A stretch of DNA of 16,303 bases, taken from NCBI GenBank assembly GCA_013166775.1, contig JABLTJ010000046.1:1-16303 (forward strand). Direction: 5' to 3'. The notes under the pieces are model-generated. The model was not told the DNA's origin. It saw only the letters and a program-made list of their open reading frames with translations, and ran no database searches. Made by a program: the position numbers and the translations under genes. Shown piece after piece: positions 8,554 through 16,056 of the stretch. The first letter of the stretch is position 1. The number at the start of each line of letters is the position of its first letter. The stretch comes from Promethearchaeati archaeon (GTDB lineage Archaea; Asgardarchaeota; Heimdallarchaeia; Heimdallarchaeales; Heimdallarchaeaceae).

Positions 8554-8638
8554 AATCTTTCTCTCACTAATTTTTTTGCAAATTCATGATGTTTATTATA
8601 CACGAGTGCTGACACAAAGAAGTAGAGTAGAATACTCT

Positions 8639-8836
8639 TTAAGATCTATTTTTCTTATTTACTTTAGTAATCATAATATTTCCATCTTCAAATAGTATCC
8701 ATCTCAGTTTATCTCCATTGTCTAATCCTAAAATATCTACTATTTCTTTTGGGACAGTTGTTCTTCTTCTACTTTCTCTTATAGTTAAAGTTGTTTCTGT
8801 GATGTATTCTACTTTATCTATTTCGATAGTTGTCAT
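8639..8836 (-). CDS. AbrB/MazE/SpoVT-family DNA-binding protein
   Basis: 65 aa with the swapped-hairpin signature RTTVPKEIVDILGLDNGDKLRW...DGNIMITK; TTTAAATA box on - at 8860-8867, 23 nt upstream of the ATG. Confidence 0.85.
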   Translation of the reverse strand: MTTIEIDKVEYITETTLTIRESRRRTTVPKEIVDILGLDNGDKLRWILFEDGNIMITKVNKKNRS

Positions 8837-8868
8837 CTAAGCTTATTTAGTCCCCAGCTTATTTAAAG

Positions 8869-8885
8869 TTTGGTTTGAAACCAAA
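8869..8885. promoter_or_regulatory. Palindromic operator-like site TTTGGTTT-G-AAACCAAA abutting the abrB-like TATA box
   Basis: Perfect 8+8 inverted repeat directly upstream (on -) of TATA 8860-8867. Confidence 0.6.
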
Positions 8886-8977
8886 GAAGTTGGAGCATTT
8901 TGTCGTGAGAGGGTTACATTTTGTTTTATTATGTACTATAAGGTCTTAAGGTGTAAATATGTTGAAGCCAAAGGGCA

Positions 8978-9001
8978 TTGGTTTAACACCAAATTTATAA
9001 A
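8978..9001 (+). promoter_or_regulatory. Second TTGGT-N5-ACCAA site plus TATA box of tauE-1
   Basis: TTGGTTTAACACCAA (8978-8992) followed after 1 nt by TTTATAAA (8994-9001). Confidence 0.6.
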
Positions 9002-9033
9002 CACAATGATTATCTCAAACAAAAAGAAAGAAG

Positions 9034-9939
9034 TTGACTTTCATGGTTGAAGTAATTTCATTTACTATTGGATTTTATGTGCTTTTTGGAGTACTTGCAC
9101 TTGTATGTGAATATGTTGATTCGGCAATGGGGGGTGGATATGGTACCATTCTTGTTCCTGTTCTACTAGGTTTTAATATTGATCGTGCTCTACTCGTTCC
9201 TGCAATTCTTTTTACAGAAATTTGGACAGGATTCGGATCAGCCATTCTTCATCACGTTGTAGGTAACGCGAATTTCCGTTTGCGATATTTATCCAAGGAT
9301 AAAAAACCATCTCGGAAATTTTTTGCAGATGGAGGTTCTATTGCAAAAATAGAAGAAAGCGCTCATGAAAAAAAGAATAAAAGAATTTTTGAGATATCTG
9401 ATGATCTAAAAATTTCTGGCGTTTTAGCATTGTTGGGAATAGTCGGAGGAGTAGTTTCTGCAACTGTAGCTCTTAGCATAAATGAAATTGCATTCAAAAC
9501 ATATATTGGTGTTTTAGTTATGCTTATGGGATTTTTAGTTTTCTTTAAATTGAAGTGGAAATTTTCTTGGTGGAAAATATCAGGGATTGGTTTATTAGCA
9601 GCTTTTAACAAAGGACTGAGCGGAGGAGGTTATGGTCCTTTAATCAGTTCAGGACAGATGATTGTTGATAGAAATCCACGTCAAGCAGTAGCATCAACAT
9701 CTCTTTCTGAAGCAGTAGTTTGTGTTGTTTCTCTTATTATCTATATGACCATCGGGGGAAGTGTCCTATCTATGAATTTCTGGTTTCTAGTTATCGCATT
9801 ACTCATTGGAGCACTAATTTCAGTTCCTTTAGCTGTTTACACAGTGAAATACATTCCAATAGGTAAAATGCAACCGATTATTGGTTTTGTCACGATGCTT
9901 CTTGGAGTATTCACGTTAGCAAAAACATTCGCATTTTGA
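9034..9939 (+). CDS. TauE/SafE (TSUP, DUF81) family sulfur-oxyanion transporter
   Basis: Two internal repeats with EYVDSAMGGGYG and NKGLSGGGYGP glycine motifs; multiple TM segments; start is TTG 9034 or ATG 9043. Confidence 0.88.
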   Translation: MTFMVEVISFTIGFYVLFGVLALVCEYVDSAMGGGYGTILVPVLLGFNIDRALLVPAILFTEIWTGFGSAILHHVVGNANFRLRYLSKDKKPSRKFFADGGSIAKIEESAHEKKNKRIFEISDDLKISGVLALLGIVGGVVSATVALSINEIAFKTYIGVLVMLMGFLVFFKLKWKFSWWKISGIGLLAAFNKGLSGGGYGPLISSGQMIVDRNPRQAVASTSLSEAVVCVVSLIIYMTIGGSVLSMNFWFLVIALLIGALISVPLAVYTVKYIPIGKMQPIIGFVTMLLGVFTLAKTFAF

Positions 9940-9947
9940 ATTATTGC

Positions 9948-9975
9948 ATTCTTTTCTTTTTTTTCTCTTCTTGTT
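9948..9975 (+). terminator. Probable oligo(T) terminator after tauE-1
   Basis: ttcttttcttttttttctcttctt shortly after the TGA stop. Confidence 0.5.
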
Positions 9976-9983
9976 ATACTCGA

Positions 9984-10196
9984 TTATTGTTCTTCAATGA
10001 ACAATCCAATTGCTATCCAATCCAAATTTATCTTAGAAACTAGTAAATTAAGCTCCCAAAAAATCTTATCTAATTCCATTAAAATCTCACAGTTTAATTC
10101 TTTAGCTTTGTTGTAGATTTTTTCTATTTGGATATTATTATCAAAATCAAGTAATGTTTCAACCTTATTTTTATCTTCTTCTGATAGTCCACTCAC
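9984..10196 (-). CDS. Hypothetical protein or gene remnant
   Basis: 70-aa GTG-started ORF with protein-like composition; an in-frame upstream ATG (10211) is cut off by TAA (10200-10202). Confidence 0.4.
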   Translation of the reverse strand: MSGLSEEDKNKVETLLDFDNNIQIEKIYNKAKELNCEILMELDKIFWELNLLVSKINLDWIAIGLFIEEQ

Positions 10197-10269
10197 ATTT
10201 TAACTTTTCATCACCTTTTAAAATCTGATTACCTACTTTGTTTATTGAAGATTGATGAATCACCAAAAA

Positions 10270-11112
10270 CTAGGGTGATAAGAAATAAGAAAAGAGAATA
10301 AATATTACAACTAACAAAAGTGAAACTCCAACAAATAGAGAAACTTGTTTTCTTTTCATCTTTCTTTTTAACCATGTTCCGATACCTGCACCTAGAGGAA
10401 GTGAAAGAGCTAAAGATAAAAACAGATACCAATCAATGTGATTTTCAATAATATGTGTACCCCCACCTACAAGTGCTTTTATCAGGATTATTAATAGTGA
10501 TGTTCCTGAAGCCATCAATGGAGGAAATCCAAAACCGAGTATCAGTAATGGTGTATGTAACCATCCTCCACTTAGACCAACCAGACCAGTTAGTAATCCA
10601 CTGAATAATCCTGCAAGAATTAAGATTGGGATACTTACTTTATATGAATAGCTTTCTTGTCTTATTGTTACATTAGGTTTGATTGTTGCTATCCTTTCCA
10701 ATAAGGATGCTTTCTTTTCTTTTTCTATCTCAATTTCCTCTCTCATTGCATATCTAATCATTCTGTAGCTTAGTAATGCCGCTATTAAGCACATAACTAT
10801 CATCAAAATTAATTCTGGTATTCTGTCTGATACTACTGCCCCTACTAATGCACCTATTGAAGAAGGAATTGCAAAAATAATTGCTAGTTTGTAATCAATT
10901 TCCTTTCTTCTCCTTGCACCTAAAACTCCAACTATTGAGAACACAATTACAGCTAACAATGTAGAGCCTACAATAATGACAAATTCATAATCGAATATTG
11001 TAAAGATGAAAGGTACAAGAAATACACCACCACCAAAACCTGCGATAACACTTACAATTCCTACTACTAACGCAACAATTGCTATAATTGCTAATTCAGC
11101 AGCAGTTCCCAT
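10270..11112 (-). CDS. Second TauE/SafE family transporter
   Basis: GFGGGVFLVP and GLVGLSGGWLHTP repeat motifs, ASGTSL, about 8 TM segments. Confidence 0.9.
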   Translation of the reverse strand: MGTAAELAIIAIVALVVGIVSVIAGFGGGVFLVPFIFTIFDYEFVIIVGSTLLAVIVFSIVGVLGARRRKEIDYKLAIIFAIPSSIGALVGAVVSDRIPELILMIVMCLIAALLSYRMIRYAMREEIEIEKEKKASLLERIATIKPNVTIRQESYSYKVSIPILILAGLFSGLLTGLVGLSGGWLHTPLLILGFGFPPLMASGTSLLIILIKALVGGGTHIIENHIDWYLFLSLALSLPLGAGIGTWLKRKMKRKQVSLFVGVSLLLVVIFILFSYFLSP

Positions 11113-11133
11113 AAAATCATCTTTATCTTCTTA

Positions 11134-11183
11134 TATTTAAAGCAATCCCCCTAATCTTATTCTTAATCCGAAAGTATAAAAAA
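11134..11183. promoter_or_regulatory. Back-to-back archaeal promoters for tauE-2 (-) and the dehydrogenase operon (+)
   Basis: TTTAAATA on - at 11134-11141 (21 nt from ATG 11112); BRE-like CCGAAAG (11168-11174) plus TATAAAAA (11175-11182) on + upstream of ATG 11210. Confidence 0.6.
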
Positions 11184-11209
11184 CTACATATCAAAATAAT
11201 CTGAAAACC

Positions 11210-12583
11210 ATGGATTTCATACAGAATTCAATAGCAGATTTTACAACGTACTTAGCACAAAAGATAGAGAATAAATCTGTTAGAGTTGGTGTTTTAGGAT
11301 TAGGTTATGTAGGTTTTCCTCTTTCCATGCAAATAATCAAATCTGGATTAGATTATGTAGGGTTCGATGTGAAAAAAGAAAAAATCATAGCATTCAAGGA
11401 AGGGAAAATTCCTTATGCAGAATATAGTACTGAAGAGAATCTAGAATTATTAGCTAGATCTAATGTTCAGTTTTGTTATCAAACTGATGGATTAAATGGA
11501 GTAGATATATACATAATTTGTGTTCCAACACCTGTTGATGACAGTCTGAATCCGGATCTTTCCTTCATTCGAAAGTCTGTCAATTATATATCAGAAACTT
11601 TCGAAAAAGGGAATGTAATTATTCTTGAGAGTACTGTTTATCCTGGAGTTACCGAAAATGTTGTAGGTAATTTAATTGAAGAAAAAACCGATCTTGTAGC
11701 GGGAGTAGATTTTGGTTTAGCTAACTGTCCTGAAAGAATCAATCCTGGTGACAAGATTCGAACTATAGATAATATTGAACGAGTAATAGGTGCTAGTTCA
11801 ATTAAACTTGCTCAAGAATTAGCTAAATTCTATAATCAATTTATTTCTGCAAAAATTCATATTACTCCTTCCATAAAGGTAGCTGAAGCATCTAAAGTCA
11901 TCGAGAATACTCAGAGAGATGTAAATATTGCACTTATTAACGAATTTGCTCTAATCTTTGAAAAGATGGGGATAGATGTTATGGATGTAATTGATGCTGC
12001 TTCAAGTAAATGGAATTTCATGAAACTAACTCCTGGAGCAGGAGTGGGGGGTCACTGTTTACCTCATGATCCTCTTTACCTTGCAAATCAGTCATCTATC
12101 TTAGGTTATGATCCTCGTTTAATCTATTCTGCAAGAAAAATAAATGATCATATGCCAGTCCATGTTGTAGATATCATTAAGAATATTCTGAATGAAAAAG
12201 GTAAAACTCTGAAAGGGAGCAATATAATCATACTTGGTGCGTCCTATAAACCAAATGTTGATGATCTTCGTACCAGTCCAACAGAAATTTTCATCAAAAA
12301 TATCAAACCGCATAAGCCTAATTTAGTTATTATTGAACCACATGTTCAAGAAACTACAATATACTCTATTCCTAATCAAACGGAGCTAAATGAAGATGTT
12401 TTAAGAAATGCAGATGTATTAGTTCTATTCACAGCTCATGATTATTTCAGAAATCTTAATTGGGAAGAGATTCGAACAAAAATTAAAACTGAAGATGTTT
12501 TGTTTGTTGATGGAAGAAGAATATTTAATCCTGAAATAATGGAGAAACATTACTTATTTTATGCTATTGGAAGAGGTGTTTAA
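11210..12583 (+). CDS. Nucleotide-sugar dehydrogenase, UDP-N-acetylhexosamine 6-dehydrogenase type (WbpA/WecC/TviB-like)
   Basis: GLGYVG Rossmann motif, ICVPTP, ESTVYPG, PERINPG, KVIENTQRDVNIA, catalytic GGHC, YKPNVDDLR. Confidence 0.93.
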   Translation: MDFIQNSIADFTTYLAQKIENKSVRVGVLGLGYVGFPLSMQIIKSGLDYVGFDVKKEKIIAFKEGKIPYAEYSTEENLELLARSNVQFCYQTDGLNGVDIYIICVPTPVDDSLNPDLSFIRKSVNYISETFEKGNVIILESTVYPGVTENVVGNLIEEKTDLVAGVDFGLANCPERINPGDKIRTIDNIERVIGASSIKLAQELAKFYNQFISAKIHITPSIKVAEASKVIENTQRDVNIALINEFALIFEKMGIDVMDVIDAASSKWNFMKLTPGAGVGGHCLPHDPLYLANQSSILGYDPRLIYSARKINDHMPVHVVDIIKNILNEKGKTLKGSNIIILGASYKPNVDDLRTSPTEIFIKNIKPHKPNLVIIEPHVQETTIYSIPNQTELNEDVLRNADVLVLFTAHDYFRNLNWEEIRTKIKTEDVLFVDGRRIFNPEIMEKHYLFYAIGRGV

Positions 12584-13385
12584 TTTGGAGAAAGTGTTAC
12601 TTAATTCTTTACCAAAAGCAGGTACAAATCTTATAGCTAAAGCTTTGGATCTTCTTGGTTTTTATCCCGCTTTTAGTCTTGATCCGGGACTTTTTCTTAG
12701 AGATAAATGGCAAAATCGAGTAAGACGTTTTTTGAATCGTCCTAGGAAGCAAGGATATATCATTGGTATTAATCACCCTATTGAAATTAGTAGAGGTTCA
12801 GTTGAAAGAATACTTCAAAAAACTCAAAAAGGACAGTATATTACTGCACATATAGGTTTCTCTGAAGACATTCTGTCAAGAGCTCTTGAACTTGATTTTA
12901 AAACCATCCAGATGATTAGAGATCCAAGAGCTGTAGCAGCTTCTTATGTTCCTTATGTAGCGAAGAACATAAACAATCCTTTTCACAAGGAATTCTCTCA
13001 AAAATCTAAGAATGAACAGTATCAAATAGCTTTCAAGGGTTATCAAGGAAAGAACATCTCAAAGCAATCTCTTTATACATCATGTCTTGCATTAGAACCT
13101 TGGATTAATTCCAAAGAGACTTTGGTTATTAAATTTGAGGATATTGTTGGTGAGAAAGGAGGAGGGGATGATACGATTCAGAAAGAAGTTCTAACTGAAT
13201 TAGCATCGCGGATTGGAGCACCAAAAGATAAAATTGATTATGTTGTCGAGAATATTTTTGGATCAGGAAGACACACGTTCCGAAAAGGAAAAATCGACTC
13301 TTGGAAAGATGAAATTCCAAAAAACATTCAAAAGACTATGACTGAAGAGTTAGAACCAATTCTCAGAAAATGGAATTATATTTAG
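12561..13385 (+). CDS. PAPS-dependent sulfotransferase (Sulfotransfer_1/3, cytosolic SULT-like); true start probably TTG at 12585
   Basis: 5'-PSB loop SLPKAGT, 3'-PB motif IRDPRAVAAS, IKFEDI, C-terminal FRKGKIDSWK; GAGGTG RBS at 12573-12578 precedes TTG 12585. Confidence 0.9.
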   Translation: MLLEEVFNLEKVLLNSLPKAGTNLIAKALDLLGFYPAFSLDPGLFLRDKWQNRVRRFLNRPRKQGYIIGINHPIEISRGSVERILQKTQKGQYITAHIGFSEDILSRALELDFKTIQMIRDPRAVAASYVPYVAKNINNPFHKEFSQKSKNEQYQIAFKGYQGKNISKQSLYTSCLALEPWINSKETLVIKFEDIVGEKGGGDDTIQKEVLTELASRIGAPKDKIDYVVENIFGSGRHTFRKGKIDSWKDEIPKNIQKTMTEELEPILRKWNYI

Positions 13386-13425
13386 AACTCAAGAGAAAAC
13401 TACACTCTCTTTTGCTGAATATACA

Positions 13426-14241
13426 TTATTTGGTTGGGAAAACATAATCATATTTTTCGATAATGAAATTCTCTTTCTCTGTTATAAGATTCATCGTCTC
13501 TTTATCATAATAATATGAAGCCTCATGATGTTTTGAGACATTTCGTTTTTTTTCTGTTTTACTCAATATCTTTGCTTCAATTTCTTTATCTAATGAATGT
13601 CCTGCTTTTGTAACATTTTTTATAAAATCCTCTTCAAGATTTTCAATATAAATAACTCCGTCTAAAAGATTATTTAATTCATCATATTCTATAAGCTCAT
13701 TATAGTTCTTAATCTTGGAGGAATTTTGTCTTTTGTAGAAATTCTTCATGTGCAATTTACTATATCTATACGTCATAAAACCTGCAAAATCAGAAAGAGA
13801 ACTATTGGAATAGCCCTCTCTAAGATCGGGCATCCTCTTTCTTTCAAAAAGAAGCTTAAGCCAGCTTCTAAAAAGTTCAGCATCTTCATATGTTTCATAA
13901 TAACTTTGCCATAATTTGATAGGTTTAGTAATTTCAGCCCATGCATTTGCAAATCTTAATTTTAGAATATCTTTTAATATTAGAGCAAAATTACGTTTTG
14001 TTAATCTAATGTATAGTCCACCTTTCTTTTCGCATCCAAAGGCCCAAAGAGAGAGATACCAATTCCATGGGTTTCTGATTGAACCGATGATCAGCTTTTC
14101 TGTATTGTAATTAGTCAACCAATTGTGCTTTCCTATCTTTTCTCCCCCAACGAATCTCTTTAGAAGTAAAGCAATGTGAGAACAAGCTGTTTTTGGCATC
14201 TCTAAATAGATTAGTTTACTTGTAATAAACAATTTAGTCAT
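13426..14241 (-). CDS. PAPS-dependent sulfotransferase (Sulfotransfer_2-like)
   Basis: N-terminal YLEMPKTACS, IRNPWNWYLSLW, IYIENLEEDF, N-x-S..YYD near the C-terminus; no TM segment. Confidence 0.8.
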   Translation of the reverse strand: MTKLFITSKLIYLEMPKTACSHIALLLKRFVGGEKIGKHNWLTNYNTEKLIIGSIRNPWNWYLSLWAFGCEKKGGLYIRLTKRNFALILKDILKLRFANAWAEITKPIKLWQSYYETYEDAELFRSWLKLLFERKRMPDLREGYSNSSLSDFAGFMTYRYSKLHMKNFYKRQNSSKIKNYNELIEYDELNNLLDGVIYIENLEEDFIKNVTKAGHSLDKEIEAKILSKTEKKRNVSKHHEASYYYDKETMNLITEKENFIIEKYDYVFPTK

Positions 14242-14305
14242 GTTTCTCTCAATCAGTTTTTATTTATACTTTCTTATTTGAGATTTAAAGAAGATTTATT
14301 TGAAA

Positions 14306-15865
14306 TTAAGCAGATTTAGTTCTGTTATTAATATATGATTTTACTAAATTTTTTGCGAAATTATAATCTTCTTTCTTTATTAATCTGAACAAGAAAATTA
14401 AACCAATATAAATAACAGTACTTATTAGAAAAGGAACAACTAAGTCGATGTTAATTCCACCTTCTATGACAAAAAGATTGAAGATTACACCTATACCAAT
14501 GGAAATTAATGCAGCAATTAGTATTTTCACAACAATTTTGTAATCATAATGTATTTTGAAATAACGCTGGGATACTATTGTTAGCATTATTAAATTAGAA
14601 CCTTTAATTATAAGATACACAATTCCAATTCCAAGCAATCCCAAAGATGGAATCAAGAAATAAGATGCTAGAACACCACTACCTACGCTGATTACTGAGG
14701 CAATAAGAACCCAGTAGTTTTTGTAATAAAGAGTATGTCCATATGCAACAATGTTTGAAAGTTGCTCACAAGCTTGTGAAACAAACAAGAGAGGTATCAA
14801 ATAGATTCCTCCTAGATAACTGCTGTTGGTAAAAAGATACGTAATTAGAATAGGTGAGAATGCAAAGACCAGAATACAGATTGCTATAATAATGATTCCA
14901 TATAATTTAGAAATCATAATCGTCAAATCTTCCATGCTTTCAAGTTTCTTTTTCTCAAAATATTTGAAAATAATCGGTCTATAGACAGTTCTGAACATTT
15001 GCCCTATCATTAACAGAATATTCGCAATCGGTAATGCTCCAAAAACATAGAGAGCTATTAATGCTTCACCATTTTCTGGATATACTTGATCAATATAAAC
15101 AAGCAAGTAAAGATTGAATGTTCTCATTAGCATTACTTTTCCATATACAGGTACAGAAAAAGCAAATACTGATTTAAGCTCTTTAAAAGAAAATTTCCCT
15201 ATCCCCAAATCCTTTATTAAAACGAAACCACAGTATAATGCAACTATAAATTCAGCTGCACTAATACCTAGAATCAGCCCTAATATTCCTAGATCCAAAT
15301 AAATGACAAAGAGGATTCCGAGAGGAATTTGCAGAAGAACACGCATAATAACCGGTATTGTATAATACCTAGAATTTTGTAGAGATGCAGCAATATTGTA
15401 GCATAAGGTTGAAAAGTACTGTGCTAGTGCAATAATTCCAACAGCCAAAAGTGTTAATACATACGGTTCTATCTCTAAGAATGAAGGATAAAAACCTCTT
15501 GCTAAATAAAGTATAAGTAAAATTCCAATTATAAGAACTTCAATAATTACAAACGAAATAAAACCTGAAAAGACTAAATCTTGTAAATTCTTTTTCTTCC
15601 CTTGAATCTTATATGTAACAGTATATCGATTTAAAGCAGTTTGAAAGCCTATACTTGCATAAGCTAGGATTGTCATAGATGCAGTAACAAAGATAGCATA
15701 TTGTCCCATATCCTCTTGGGGAAGGATGTTTGTGAATATTTTTGTGAAAGCAATACTCAGAGCTTTGGCTAGAACAATAGTGATACCAAAAGAAATTAGA
15801 AACTTTGTTCCAGCTCCTTGCTTAAGTAGAGAATATTGCTTTGTTTCTTCCACATCTTTCACCAA
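14306..15865 (-). CDS. Oligosaccharide flippase (Wzx/RfbX, MOP/PST family)
   Basis: About 14 hydrophobic segments; FTNILPQEDMGQY (typical TRxLxxxxYG), LGILG, ELKSVFAFSVP, LIPSLGLLG; glycan-gene context; TTG start. Confidence 0.85.
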   Translation of the reverse strand: MVKDVEETKQYSLLKQGAGTKFLISFGITIVLAKALSIAFTKIFTNILPQEDMGQYAIFVTASMTILAYASIGFQTALNRYTVTYKIQGKKKNLQDLVFSGFISFVIIEVLIIGILLILYLARGFYPSFLEIEPYVLTLLAVGIIALAQYFSTLCYNIAASLQNSRYYTIPVIMRVLLQIPLGILFVIYLDLGILGLILGISAAEFIVALYCGFVLIKDLGIGKFSFKELKSVFAFSVPVYGKVMLMRTFNLYLLVYIDQVYPENGEALIALYVFGALPIANILLMIGQMFRTVYRPIIFKYFEKKKLESMEDLTIMISKLYGIIIIAICILVFAFSPILITYLFTNSSYLGGIYLIPLLFVSQACEQLSNIVAYGHTLYYKNYWVLIASVISVGSGVLASYFLIPSLGLLGIGIVYLIIKGSNLIMLTIVSQRYFKIHYDYKIVVKILIAALISIGIGVIFNLFVIEGGINIDLVVPFLISTVIYIGLIFLFRLIKKEDYNFAKNLVKSYINNRTKSA

Positions 15866-16056
15866 AAATTCAGGTTCATAATTTCTTCAAATTTAAGAGA
15901 ACTTATTATCTTTTTCAATAATACTCTATCTTTAAATCTTATTATTTCAGCATCTTATTTCTTCGAAATCAAGAAAATAAGTTTGTGATCCAAAAGAAAA
16001 TACTTCATGGCAAAAGATATTTATTTAGCTTTGACATTCATGGTTAAGTGATAAAT

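Noticed and set aside
6950-9975. A-rich tract at ~6950-6968 and T-rich tract at ~9948-9970 as terminal inverted repeats of a mobile element
   Set aside because: Low complexity; each follows a stop codon and is explained as an oligo(T) terminator; no transposase.
13391-13413. AAGAGA/TCTCTT hairpin between the convergent sulfotransferases
   Set aside because: Only a 6-bp AT-rich stem; too weak to call a terminator.
8450-15302. Alternative ORFs 8450-8695, 9363-9611, 10229-10432, 12119-12313, 13129-13320, 13726-13914, 13916-14110 and 15114-15302
   Set aside because: They overlap better-supported genes and have shadow-like composition.
16031-16056. TTGACA as a bacterial sigma70 -35 element
   Set aside because: A correctly spaced -10 would fall on the rfbA start codon and does not match consensus; likely chance.
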